DNA from: a virus
IMG/VR virus record: IMGVR_UViG_3300031952_000008
Span: 30,281 to 94,280 of that record
Direction: 5' to 3' (one strand)
Length of the DNA stretch: 64,000 bases
Shown here one piece after another: positions 1 to 10,283 of this stretch. The notes under the pieces were generated by a model that worked only from the letters and a program-made list of their open reading frames with translations, ran no database searches and was not told the DNA's origin. Made by a program: the position numbers and the translations under genes. Positions within the stretch are counted from its first letter, which is position 1, and each line of letters begins with the position of its first letter.

Positions 1-3000
1 CTTCTATATAAGCTAAACTACTTGTTCTACTAGTCGAACTACCATTATCACTATGATAAAAGTCTGACCCAGATTCATTAAATTTATTAACACTAGAACT
101 GGTAGTAGAAATCATACCTGATAAGTTAATATCTACATAACCATCATCACCTATATCAATAGTTAAATCTTCAGGATATGTAATATAACTTAAACGTATA
201 ATGAAATCACTAAAAGTAATATTTCCTCCAGTAGTTACACTAATATTAAATGGGAAAGTATATATTCCATCAGTAACGGTTATGTTACCATTAGTTATCC
301 AATTATTTAAATAACTTTCGTCCAAAACTATAGTTATAGAAGGCTGTAAATAGTTTTCTGAATTATAAATAGTAAGAGAATTTGTAATATTAGGAATAGT
401 TACCGAAATATTATAAGCACTACTAGATTGTACCATAAATTGAATACTAGCAAACTTTATATATTGAGTATTACCAGTTCCAGATTGTTGCCTTTTATCT
501 CTAAGAGTTAAATTAAAAATCATACTTCCATTATCTGTAAAATTATAAGTTTTTGAAGTAACCTCGTTATTATACATATCATCCCAACCAAAAAGAGTTT
601 GGTCGGAGTTCAATCCTGAAACATCTAAACTTGCCGAAGTAATAGTAATATAATTAGGCAACTCTACATAAAATGCTTCATAATTATATAATCTATATTT
701 AAGTAATATACTGGTTGAATTATCCGAAAATTCATTAATCTTATTAGTATTAATAAGAGAAAGGTCATAACTGGCATTAAAAGTAGTATTTGAAACTCCG
801 ATAAAATAATCTATTCCTTTACCTACCATATAAACATCTGAACCTACACTTAAATTATCCGAATTAACACTAACAATACTAACATTAGCAGTAGTACCAT
901 ACTCATAAGTTCTATTAGCAAACAAACCATCTAAATTAAGATAAACATTTCTATCTAAAACACCTATATAAAACGTTCTATTCTCTCCCCAACCAACGCT
1001 ATTATTAGTTCCGATAGTACAACTTGCTGTACCGTTATAATTAAGTGCTGAATGTAATATTAATACATTTTTTATGTCCCAATTCATAGCCTCTTCATAA
1101 AGGGAAGAGTATGCTTCTTCATTATCAACCGTCGAACTCCATAAACTCTCATTATGTTTAGCTCCAGTTGTCCAATCAGCATCCCATATTTTTGAAGAGG
1201 ACGCACTACTAGTTTGTGTACCAAAACTAGCACCATAAACCAAAGGAGCAACAGTTTCCCAAGTACTTCCATTCCAACAATCTCCCCTAGAACTAGGAGA
1301 AACATAAGTAATATTATTTAATTTCATTGTTGCTGTTGAACTACAAAAAGCGGCACCATTAGTGATTCTACTAGCATAGGCTGATGTTTTTACAAAAATA
1401 TTTCCGGTTAATGAACTAATATCAACGTTTCCAGAACTTATCCCCGAATAATTATAGTACCAATGGGTAGAATTAAGTTTTTCTATAATAAAATTATTAC
1501 CTGCGTGAGAATATGAAGCACCGCCATCACATTCCGCAACTATACCATCAGTATAAATAGTAACATCATTAGTTAGATTTGTGAAGATTATTCTTGTATA
1601 GATATTTGTAGATTCGCTGTGAGCACAAGCACCACATTGACCTGACATACTAAGGTTGTATAAAGTAATCTTAGATTTTAAAGCTATTTTTAAAGGGTCT
1701 ATTGTACCATTTGTATAAATATCCATTTGACCATATTCATTAGTTCTACCAGTATCCATATAGGCACCAGCATCTAATTGAAGATAACCATTTACAATAT
1801 AACTACCGGAACCATAAGTTGATTGGGCGGAATAATTATAAAACTTACTCAAATTAAGAGTTGAAGGTATAAAATTATCAAAAAGGAAAGGAGTTATACT
1901 AGAATAAAACCTATATTGTAAATTATTTTGTGACCAACAATCGGAAGGTATTGAAAAGTTTTTATCTATAGCCTGTCCACTAGATATATTATATCCATAT
2001 TTTACACGCCACGAACTAGTACTCATACTATTGATTAGTTTAGAATAATTAATATAAACATAGGAATCTGTATTAGTCGAATAATAATTTCCGGTACTTA
2101 ATCCACCACAAACAGTAGATACATTAGCAGTTTCTTGATAACAAATATTAGGAGAATCTACTCCCAAAATTTCACAATCTACCTGGCTGGTATTTTCGGC
2201 CTGGATACTGAAAATAAACTCATTAGTTACTGGAGCAGTAACGTAATCTGAAAGATTAGTAATGTAAGTATAACTATTAAAGTTTTCCATTAAAGTAATA
2301 TTCGAAATATTAACTACCCAAACCGGAACATCATTTACATATATAACATTTATACCAAGAGTTTGGTTAAGTCCATTAGCTCCTATGCTATCATTAACAC
2401 CAATAATACAAGTTGCGTTACCATACCAACCAAAAAAAGGAGATAATATAAGATTATTACCTGTTATATTACAATCTACCTGGCTAGTATTCTCGGATTT
2501 AATACTAAAAGTGGTACTATATCCGCCAGTATCATTAACATAACTAGAAAGGTTAGTAAGATAAGTGATGGTTGAACTATATTCATTAACTGAAATATTA
2601 GAAATGTTATAAAGCCAATCTATTTTAACATAAGTAAAATTAAGACAACCACTACTAGTATCTATATTTTGGTCGGCATAATTGACGCAATGTACATAAA
2701 GACAGTGATTGCCACCAGTATAAGTATCAAAAACTGTGTAAGCATGAGAAGTAGTAGTTGTTGTGGCGAATTTATAATTGGGATTAGTAGCGACAGCGGT
2801 AGAATAATTAAGGTTGGTATCTACTACTCCGGAACAATTAGCATTTTGACCAGTAGTTAAAGTAAGACTAAGAGTGTTACTATTTATAATAACATTTCCG
2901 TTACTATTCCAAAGAGTTCTATTTCCTTCACTAAATACTGAACTTGTAATATTATAATTAGATATATTAGTATATGGGTGAATAGTTAAAGTAAAATTAG

Positions 3001-4807
3001 CTGGAGCTTGAAAACAAAAACCAAGTATGTCACAAACTTCTACATTCCAATACCAAAGGTTGTTATCAGAAAGTGTTGCCTCAATTAAGTTAGCCGAGTT
3101 ATTAACAACAGCACTAGCATTAACTACATCTCCATGCCCACTCCAGATATGAAGTGTGGCATTAGAAATATTATTAACATAAGATTTAGGAGTATAACTA
3201 AAATTTAAAGTAATATTAGAAGTATAAGTTGTATTTGCTGGACTATTAAGAGTTACACTTATGTTTCCAGAAGCTCCACTTCCTACTGTGAAAGTATAAT
3301 AGTTTCCACTGTTATTATTCAAAGCCGAGTCCCAACAACTAACATTATAATAATACTGACCATTGGAGAGACTAACTGCCTGACTAACATTACTCGCATT
3401 ATAACTTTTATAATTGAATTGTGTAGTATTACCACTATCATAAACCCAAGAAACAGATTGAGGGTTATTATTTGTTGGAGTTCCTGTCTTAGTATAGTTT
3501 ATACTTATCATGTTCCATGCTGATGCATGAGGTGCTCCTGAGTATATTCCTTTTAACCAAGTAATTGAACCATTGGTGAAAGGAAATCCTGAAGCTAAAT
3601 TAGAATATGTGCAAGAACCCTCAGCTACCACTGGCATATCTAAAGAAAGATTTGTATTTGCTGGAAGATTAAAACTTCCTACAGCACTCGTTCCACTTCT
3701 TGTCCAATTAATAGGGTTAGTTCCATTATCATAAATAAATCTTTGAGTAGTCCTACCTAAGTTTTGCTCACCGCCACCAACAATATCATAAAATATACCT
3801 GTTATAGTAATATTTTCAGTGGCTCTTATTTTAATACCGCAAGAACCACCTCCAGAAGGGTCTCCCCAATCTAAATTTACACCATGAATAGCGGTTTCAT
3901 TAACATAAGTAGTAACATTATTCCAATTAACTATGCTACAATTTCCTCCAGCTTCATCAAGAGATAAATTAATAGCATTAACAGGAGAGCTTGTTGAACC
4001 ATTGGCTGGAACAAAAGTTGTGATGTTTGGTGGTGTTATATCCCATCCATTTCCGCCACCATACAATGTTGCTATATCTCCTCCACAAATAGCATCTAAT
4101 GAACAACTTGCATCATTTATAGAATTATTAAAAAAATAATATTCATCAATGCTGACATTACCACTACCACTAGTTCCAGCACCTTGTCTATTAACACTTA
4201 AAAAGGTAGTTCCAACATTTTTAGCGTGAGCCCAAGATTCTCTATAAACACCATCTATGTATAAATATCCAATATTCGAACCCCATCTTAAAACTAAATG
4301 ATGCCATTTTCCATCACTAAATTCTGTTGTAAGTGATTCATCTGTTTGCCAATCATTACCTCCACCATAACCAGAGATTATAACATTATTAGAACTATCA
4401 AACCCAAATTGCACAAGTTGATTTGTTGTATAAGTTCCAAAAGCAGTAAAATAACCATAATTATCTGCTGTTTGAAAAGGTCCATTGAACCACAATGATA
4501 CTGTCCAATTACTTGCTCCTGAAGGTAAACCTGTTGGAGAAGCTTTGTTTGCATAATTAGTAATTCCACTACTAAAATTAACTGCTTTCCCACCACCAAC
4601 ACCAGTTATTTGATAAGTTGGAGAACCATACGCAGTTAAATTATTAATTCCATATTTCCCAGTTCCGTAATCTGTTATATTGCCACTGGTATCATTAAAT
4701 GCCCAATAAGCTACTATATTCGCATTAGTTAAAGCACTAACCATACTTGCCATCACAAGTGATAAGATAAACATTAATCCAATTAAAAAAAATGATTTAA
4801 ACTTCAT
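1..4807 (-). CDS. Very large (>1600 aa, truncated at window edge) secreted or surface glycoprotein with LamG/concanavalin-A-like and Ig/cadherin-like repeats; putative adhesin or receptor-binding protein
   Basis: Not in the ORF track, apparently because it runs off the left edge; ends translated by eye. ATG at 4807 gives MKFKSFFLIGLMFILSLVMASMVSA (signal peptide), then LTNANIVAYWAFNDTSG... with LamG-type motifs (WHHLVLRW, YLYIDG). Very rich in N-x-S/T. Internal repeat at about 2170-2330 and 2470-2630 (SENTSQVDC). Confidence 0.75.
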   Translation of the reverse strand, partial: MKFKSFFLIGLMFILSLVMASMVSALTNANIVAYWAFNDTSGNITDYGTGKYGINNLTAYGSPTYQITGVGGGKAVNFSSGITNYANKASPTGLPSGASNWTVSLWFNGPFQTADNYGYFTAFGTYTTNQLVQFGFDSSNNVIISGYGGGNDWQTDESLTTEFSDGKWHHLVLRWGSNIGYLYIDGVYRESWAHAKNVGTTFLSVNRQGAGTSGSGNVSIDEYYFFNNSINDASCSLDAICGGDIATLYGGGNGWDITPPNITTFVPANGSTSSPVNAINLSLDEAGGNCSIVNWNNVTTYVNETAIHGVNLDWGDPSGGGSCGIKIRATENITITGIFYDIVGGGEQNLGRTTQRFIYDNGTNPINWTRSGTSAVGSFNLPANTNLSLDMPVVAEGSCTYSNLASGFPFTNGSITWLKGIYSGAPHASAWNMISINYTKTGTPTNNNPQSVSWVYDSGNTTQFNYKSYNASNVSQAVSLSNGQYYYNVSCWDSALNNNSGNYYTFTVGSGASGNISVTLNSPANTTYTSNITLNFSYTPKSYVNNISNATLHIWSGHGDVVNASAVVNNSANLIEATLSDNNLWYWNVEVCDILGFCFQAPANFTLTIHPYTNISNYNITSSVFSEGNRTLWNSNGNVIINSNTLSLTLTTGQNANCSGVVDTNLNYSTAVATNPNYKFATTTTTSHAYTVFDTYTGGNHCLYVHCVNYADQNIDTSSGCLNFTYVKIDWLYNISNISVNEYSSTITYLTNLSSYVNDTGGYSTTFSIKSENTSQVDCNITGNNLILSPFFGWYGNATCIIGVNDSIGANGLNQTLGINVIYVNDVPVWVVNISNITLMENFNSYTYITNLSDYVTAPVTNEFIFSIQAENTSQVDCEILGVDSPNICYQETANVSTVCGGLSTGNYYSTNTDSYVYINYSKLINSMSTSSWRVKYGYNISSGQAIDKNFSIPSDCWSQNNLQYRFYSSITPFLFDNFIPSTLNLSKFYNYSAQSTYGSGSYIVNGYLQLDAGAYMDTGRTNEYGQMDIYTNGTIDPLKIALKSKITLYNLSMSGQCGACAHSESTNIYTRIIFTNLTNDVTIYTDGIVAECDGGASYSHAGNNFIIEKLNSTHWYYNYSGISSGNVDISSLTGNIFVKTSAYASRITNGAAFCSSTATMKLNNITYVSPSSRGDCWNGSTWETVAPLVYGASFGTQTSSASSSKIWDADWTTGAKHNESLWSSTVDNEEAYSSLYEEAMNWDIKNVLILHSALNYNGTASCTIGTNNSVGWGENRTFYIGVLDRNVYLNLDGLFANRTYEYGTTANVSIVSVNSDNLSVGSDVYMVGKGIDYFIGVSNTTFNASYDLSLINTNKINEFSDNSTSILLKYRLYNYEAFYVELPNYITITSASLDVSGLNSDQTLFGWDDMYNNEVTSKTYNFTDNGSMIFNLTLRDKRQQSGTGNTQYIKFASIQFMVQSSSAYNISVTIPNITNSLTIYNSENYLQPSITIVLDESYLNNWITNGNITVTDGIYTFPFNISVTTGGNITFSDFIIRLSYITYPEDLTIDIGDDGYVDINLSGMISTTSSSVNKFNESGSDFYHSDNGSSTSRTSSLAYIE

Positions 4808-5783
4808 TAGTAACACCAAAAGCTATCTTATCAAGACTGGTAAGTTTAGAAACTCCTTTATCTATTTCATATTGTCTAAAAGGATACTCTATCCAATTAC
4901 GGTCTCCTACTGGTACAGACATTTCATTTAATGTATTATTAAAAATGTTTATATTAGGATTAATAATAGTTTTATTTCCGATAATCACTCCAGTTTTAAG
5001 TTTTGAAGTGTCTGAAACCACTTCCGAAACTATACTCTTTTCTTCCACAACCTTAATTATAGTAACGTTCTTAATATCATAATGGTCGATTTGTGAGATA
5101 ATATAATCATAACATTTAAGAACGGTTTTGTTAATGGTACAATCATAACAATGCATAGAAACGTTCTTGGATTGGTCAATACTACAAATATTAGTTAAAG
5201 TAACATTTTTATAAACCGGAGTAGAATCTATAGAGGTTTCGGTAACGTTCTTATAAGTAATTACTTCCCTCTCCACAGTCTTGTTAGTAAACGTGTACGA
5301 CCAACTCGCCCATAAGGGGTCCACAGATACTTTACTAACTACAAAGCTCCACTTATAATATGCAGGTTGTGTGGCGTGTCCTACTAATTTGTTCAAATTA
5401 TTCTTCCCACTCCAACAATAACCATCATAGATAATTGTCCAATTCTTACTAAGCGAACCTGTCTTAGCTTTTTTAACATACCAATCTACAGTAATATTAG
5501 GGTTAGTACTAACTATATTAGATATTTTATTTAAATTAACCCAAACAGTAGTACTGTAAGGTTTTTTATATAAGTAATTACTGTTATTAGAGTATTCAAA
5601 ACAAATTTTGGAAGAAGTATTTACCGTAACAAACGCTTCACAAGTTAACCCATTACAAACCACGTCACCACTACTTATAAACTTAACCCCAGTAAGTAGG
5701 AAAAGGAAAGCAAATAATCCAACCAAGCCAACTGTAGCCCCTCCAGCTAACATCTGTTTATTTATAGTGCTATAAGTAGCCAT
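4797..5783 (-). CDS. Membrane-anchored putative glycoprotein
   Basis: N-terminal hydrophobic helix (GATVGLVGLFAFLFLLTGV), more than 10 N-x-S/T sequons, several Cys. Confidence 0.6.
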   Translation of the reverse strand: MATYSTINKQMLAGGATVGLVGLFAFLFLLTGVKFISSGDVVCNGLTCEAFVTVNTSSKICFEYSNNSNYLYKKPYSTTVWVNLNKISNIVSTNPNITVDWYVKKAKTGSLSKNWTIIYDGYCWSGKNNLNKLVGHATQPAYYKWSFVVSKVSVDPLWASWSYTFTNKTVEREVITYKNVTETSIDSTPVYKNVTLTNICSIDQSKNVSMHCYDCTINKTVLKCYDYIISQIDHYDIKNVTIIKVVEEKSIVSEVVSDTSKLKTGVIIGNKTIINPNINIFNNTLNEMSVPVGDRNWIEYPFRQYEIDKGVSKLTSLDKIAFGVTNEV

Positions 5784-6175
5784 TAGTCACCGGACCATTC
5801 TATCAAACTTAAGGAAAATTGAAAATGATTGAATACTCTATCTGCTGAATCGTCAAACGTTAAACCTTCGTTTTCTACGCAAAAACTCCCAACAATCCTA
5901 CCATCATTGTAGTCGTGCTTCTTTCCATCTTGTAAACTTTCTAGTTTCTCCCTAATCTGTTCTTTAGTAGTAGCACCAGTAGAATAAATTATTCCATTTA
6001 ACTGTATTCTCCAATCTAAAGCATCCATGCCAGGAATCTCATGTTTCGCTATCCTTTTACCTAAGGTTTGTTTAATAGTAGCAGTAACCTTAACAGGAGA
6101 GATACCAGTGACTAGCAATCCAACGGTTCCAAATAAAACTTCATTAACATCATCATAAGACGCAATCGTAATCAC
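5783..6175 (-). CDS. Putative distal tail / tail-tip hub protein
   Basis: 130 aa, immediately after the tape measure gene; beta-rich, ending FQFSLSLIEW. Positional call. Confidence 0.5.
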   Translation of the reverse strand: MITIASYDDVNEVLFGTVGLLVTGISPVKVTATIKQTLGKRIAKHEIPGMDALDWRIQLNGIIYSTGATTKEQIREKLESLQDGKKHDYNDGRIVGSFCVENEGLTFDDSADRVFNHFQFSLSLIEWSGD

Positions 6176-6178
6176 CCA

Positions 6179-9100
6179 TTAATAAGATTGTAATTCTTTC
6201 CTAATCTGCCTAGCTATCTCGTTCGCCGAAACATTAGACCCACTTACATTAACAGTAACATTAATATTATTACCCATTTTACCTAGTTTACTTAATGGAA
6301 TAACAGCTTCCGGACCTTTTTCGCCAATCATAGCACGAGTAGGACCATTAACTATTCCTCCTTCAGCAAAACCAAAAAAGCTTCTTATAAAATTAGGAAC
6401 AATAGTGTCCATAACATTGGTACCCATATTCTTTAAAAAATCTGTAGGACCCATAATTTGAAACCCCGGTTGCGTTTCTTTTCTATTAGCAATTTCATTA
6501 GCAGCCTGAAAATTATTCATATCGAAAGGATTATAAAAAGGAACACTATTAACAACGCCAGGTCCCGCTGGAGTAGTATAATTAACACCAGTATTTTGTA
6601 TAACAGCATTATCTATTACGCCTTCAGCTATTGTTTTTTTATCTTCTAATTTATTAATATCTTTCTCTTTTTTATCAACTTGTATTGCTTTTTTATCTTC
6701 ATACTCTCTTCTTTCCTGTTCTAACGTAGCTTCTTCCGTTCTTAATTTAGCCACTTCAGCAGCCGCACTAGCATAAGCGGCCATTTCAGTTTTTAATAAT
6801 TCAACAACTTGAGACGAATTAACTGTAATCTGGTTAGTTTTATCCTCTTCTTCCATCATAAAACCTTTAACATTATTATGCATGTCCCCATAATATACAT
6901 CATAAGCTAACTGTAATTTATTAACGAACTGAGATTGAGTACTGGTATTACCACCACCCATATTAAGATTATTAATACCTAAAAGAGCAGTTTGCCAAGT
7001 CTTAACTCTATCAGTAACATCAGCATTAAGAGACTCCCCAGCAGAAACCTCAGCTTTAATAGCTGTTTCTATAGTAGTTTTCCAAGCATCATAAGCATTA
7101 GCACTATCTTCGGAATTTTCAATAACCGTTTCCTGTTGGGCTATTAAATCATCAAAACTATCTCCCACTCTACTAAGTTGGGATTGAATAAATGCACCAG
7201 CATCAGCTATACCAAGTTCTAAAAGCTTCTGTTTCTTCATCCAAATATCTACTTTATCAAGTAACCCTAAAATAACTGTTTCACCAGTAAATCTTTGGGT
7301 GGATAGTGTAGAAATATTCTTTTGTGCATCAGAAGCCGCTCTACCAAAATCTTCTAAAGAAGACCTTACATCTCTTAATTGATTAGCATTATCTTTTAAA
7401 GTATCATTCCATTTTTCATTAATATCTTTAAGATTTTGTTGTTCAGTTACTAACTGGTCGTCTATATTAACTATTGAAATTTTAGCATTTGTAACACTTT
7501 CTAAAAGTTTAAGTTGTTGTTGATAAACAAGATTATCCCTAATTCTAACATCTATAGATTCAAAAGTAGAAGTAATAAGTTCTTTTTGAGCATCAGCCTC
7601 TTCATTAATAGCTTTTATTCTAGTAATTAAAGAAGGATTACCTTTTTCTGTCCAATCAACTAAAGATTTAAGAGAATCAGTAGATTTTCTATTAGCAATA
7701 TCAATCGCAGTTTGTGTTACAAATAAATCTTGATTATTTTTAATATTAGTTCCAGAAACTCCAGATTCCATAGGTGCTTTAAATAAATCGGTTACCATCT
7801 GATAAGCTTTTTCTGTATCCTTCATCAATTCAGGAATCCACCAAAAAGGATTGACTAAATCTGCTAAATCTAATAAAGCAGAATAAGCAACTACACTCCA
7901 ACGACCAACATCTCTTAAAAACGAACCAATTTCTTCATGATGAACTTGAATATTTTTTGCCGAACCACTCATACTAATCGAAAACTTGTCAAGAGTTCCA
8001 CTAGCACCTTCTATACCTTTAGTCATATCGGAAATGGCTCCATTATTAAGTAAAATCTTTTCAGTAGCTAAAGCAACCGAGGTAGCGACTCTTCTTTCAA
8101 AAATATCACCCATAGCTTCTAATTTAGTACTCATATCACCTTGACCTAAGGAAATAGCTAATTGAGTAAAAACATCATTTAAACCAACAAAATCGCCATT
8201 AGAATCATAAATAGCAACTCCTAATCTTTCCATTTGTTCTCTAGCTTTTGGAGATTCATTAGTAACAGCGGCTAATATACCTCTAATAGCTGTACCTGCC
8301 ATCTCTCCTCTAATACCTGCATCAGATAACATGGCAATAGTTGATAATAGTTCTTCAAACCCAACACCAGCCGCATAAGCTGTTGGACCAGCATATTTCA
8401 TAGCTTCGGCTATAGTATCCATACTTGCCGCACTATTAATATCGGCATAAGTAAGTTTATCAGCAACCTCAGCCGCTCTTTCGGCAGTCATATTAAACTG
8501 ATTCAAAACCATTGTAACAACATCGGTAGCAGAAGATAATTCTACTTGTGAAAATGTAGCTAATTTAGTAGAAGTAGCCATTATCTTATCAGATTCGGCC
8601 TTATCGAAACCTCTTTTAGTAACATCCAAATAAGCTTCTGCAATTTGGTCTAAACTATAAATAGTTCCTTGTTGTAATCTATTGATAGCTTCAAGAGAAG
8701 CACCTGAAGAAGTTTGAGTAACTGCGGCAATACGAGCAATAGTCATTTCATACTTAACAGCAGGTTCTATTAATCTACTCCAAACCATACCACCTAAATT
8801 AATAACTAAAAAAGCATTAACTAATGCCCACCTAAAATGGGTCATTTTACCTAAGAAAGAATCTATTGCACTCTCCGATTTTTTAATTTGTTCAGGAAAT
8901 TTAACACCAATTTCTTGTCCGGCATTTTTAACATTTTCAGTAATCTCACTTTTTAAAACTCTAGCAAAAGTACCAAAAGAAGCGGCTTGTTCAATAGGTT
9001 TAAGTTTTGCAAACTCAGCACTCATTCTTTGAGCTTCAACACTATTTTTTCTAGCGGCCAATGCCAATTCATTAAATTTTTGAGCCAAATCTACTGTAGA

Positions 9101-9241
9101 TTTAGAAGTTTTAACACTTTCTGCTTGAAGATTTCTAGTCTGGGCTCTAACGGCATTTAAATCAGTATCTAACTTTTTAAGTTCAGCACTAGCTTCATTA
9201 AGTACCGAAACAACAATTCGAAGTTCACCGATGTCTGACAT
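6179..9241 (-). CDS. Tail tape measure protein (TP901-like core)
   Basis: 1020 aa, helical and Ala-rich. Core motifs (AEAMKYAGPTA, LSDAGIRGEMAGTAIRGIL, LGVAIYDSNG) and C-terminal FAEGGIV...GEKGPEAVIPL. Confidence 0.92.
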   Translation of the reverse strand: MSDIGELRIVVSVLNEASAELKKLDTDLNAVRAQTRNLQAESVKTSKSTVDLAQKFNELALAARKNSVEAQRMSAEFAKLKPIEQAASFGTFARVLKSEITENVKNAGQEIGVKFPEQIKKSESAIDSFLGKMTHFRWALVNAFLVINLGGMVWSRLIEPAVKYEMTIARIAAVTQTSSGASLEAINRLQQGTIYSLDQIAEAYLDVTKRGFDKAESDKIMATSTKLATFSQVELSSATDVVTMVLNQFNMTAERAAEVADKLTYADINSAASMDTIAEAMKYAGPTAYAAGVGFEELLSTIAMLSDAGIRGEMAGTAIRGILAAVTNESPKAREQMERLGVAIYDSNGDFVGLNDVFTQLAISLGQGDMSTKLEAMGDIFERRVATSVALATEKILLNNGAISDMTKGIEGASGTLDKFSISMSGSAKNIQVHHEEIGSFLRDVGRWSVVAYSALLDLADLVNPFWWIPELMKDTEKAYQMVTDLFKAPMESGVSGTNIKNNQDLFVTQTAIDIANRKSTDSLKSLVDWTEKGNPSLITRIKAINEEADAQKELITSTFESIDVRIRDNLVYQQQLKLLESVTNAKISIVNIDDQLVTEQQNLKDINEKWNDTLKDNANQLRDVRSSLEDFGRAASDAQKNISTLSTQRFTGETVILGLLDKVDIWMKKQKLLELGIADAGAFIQSQLSRVGDSFDDLIAQQETVIENSEDSANAYDAWKTTIETAIKAEVSAGESLNADVTDRVKTWQTALLGINNLNMGGGNTSTQSQFVNKLQLAYDVYYGDMHNNVKGFMMEEEDKTNQITVNSSQVVELLKTEMAAYASAAAEVAKLRTEEATLEQERREYEDKKAIQVDKKEKDINKLEDKKTIAEGVIDNAVIQNTGVNYTTPAGPGVVNSVPFYNPFDMNNFQAANEIANRKETQPGFQIMGPTDFLKNMGTNVMDTIVPNFIRSFFGFAEGGIVNGPTRAMIGEKGPEAVIPLSKLGKMGNNINVTVNVSGSNVSANEIARQIRKELQSY

Positions 9242-9242
9242 A

Positions 9243-9767
9243 TTAAGTTTTAAATCCCTTGCTTTCTACTTTTCTTTTTTCTTCCCTTGCATTATAACAC
9301 TCTACAATCCAATTAATCTCCCATACAGTAAGATTATTTACATTATAAAAATTGTAACCAAGTTCGTGAAGGAAAAGCAACATATCGCCTTCTTTCCTTC
9401 TTTCTCTTAACTTCCTTAAATGTTTTCCAAACTCATCATCTTTCTCAAACTGCTTACTTCTTTCTTTCTTCTTCTCTGTCTTTACTCCGGAAATATCAAA
9501 TACTTTATCAACCAACGCAGTTGCGAACTCAGGTCTTACAAGATTAAAATCCTTTCCTATATCAGGAACCTTAACATTGTTCCCAAGGATATAATCATCA
9601 TAATCCACATTATCGCCAGACAGTATGCGTTTCAGTTCTCCCCTAGTAAGAGGAATGAGCTTAACCTTGTGCTCCTCTCCTTTCACTACTATACAAAACT
9701 CTTGAGGTATAAGGTTTCCCTTATTATCTCTATCAAAATACAAATCATCACTTAACCCTTGAACCAT
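9243..9767 (-). CDS. Tail assembly chaperone, long (GT-like) paralog
   Basis: Directly upstream of the tape measure gene; N-terminal half aligns by eye with 9769..10239; extra C-terminal segment. Confidence 0.6.
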   Translation of the reverse strand: MVQGLSDDLYFDRDNKGNLIPQEFCIVVKGEEHKVKLIPLTRGELKRILSGDNVDYDDYILGNNVKVPDIGKDFNLVRPEFATALVDKVFDISGVKTEKKKERSKQFEKDDEFGKHLRKLRERRKEGDMLLFLHELGYNFYNVNNLTVWEINWIVECYNAREEKRKVESKGFKT

Positions 9768-9768
9768 A

Positions 9769-10239
9769 TTACTTAAGTTCTAACTTCGACACTTTTTCGG
9801 ATAGTTCTTTGATTTTCTTTTCATACTCTTCCATCAAAAGTAATTCGTGTCTTGTTCTTCCCATTAAAATTAATGAATTAAATGTTGGATTTAAAACAAT
9901 TAATCTTTTTATAATATCTGGTTTCTCAAAGTCTCTTACAATACTAAAATCAAAGATAGTCTGAGCAATGTTTTTAACAAAGGTAGGCTTCATAACTCTA
10001 ATTTCTTCATCCGAAAATGAAGGCTCTTTGCAATATTTCTTAACAATTAAAGCATCCGAATCCTCATCTGTCTCTCCTTTATCTTTATTCTTTTCAAAAA
10101 TCTCTTTCATTTCCTTACGAGTAATAGGTATTATTTTAATAGTTTCTACCTTATCATCTACTCGTTCCTGTAATTCGACATCTTGTGGAACTAATTCTCC
10201 ATCCTTATTATCGAATAATGCCTTATCTTTTGATAACAT
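9769..10239 (-). CDS. Tail assembly chaperone (G-like)
   Basis: Lies between the tail tube and tape measure genes; charged, 156 aa. Confidence 0.6.
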   Translation of the reverse strand: MLSKDKALFDNKDGELVPQDVELQERVDDKVETIKIIPITRKEMKEIFEKNKDKGETDEDSDALIVKKYCKEPSFSDEEIRVMKPTFVKNIAQTIFDFSIVRDFEKPDIIKRLIVLNPTFNSLILMGRTRHELLLMEEYEKKIKELSEKVSKLELK

Positions 10240-10283
10240 ATAAATCCCTCGCTTAAATATAATATACTTTACTCTAAATTTAC

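Noticed and set aside
2170-2630. Near-duplicate segments in the large surface protein as a diversity-generating retroelement TR/VR pair
   Set aside because: Both copies are in frame inside the same gene, the differences are not adenine-specific, and there is no reverse transcriptase in the window; they are ordinary domain repeats.
1084-4602. Short track ORFs 1084-1305, 2669-2860, 3933-4139 and 4378-4602
   Set aside because: They are shadow frames inside the large minus-strand gene 1..4807.
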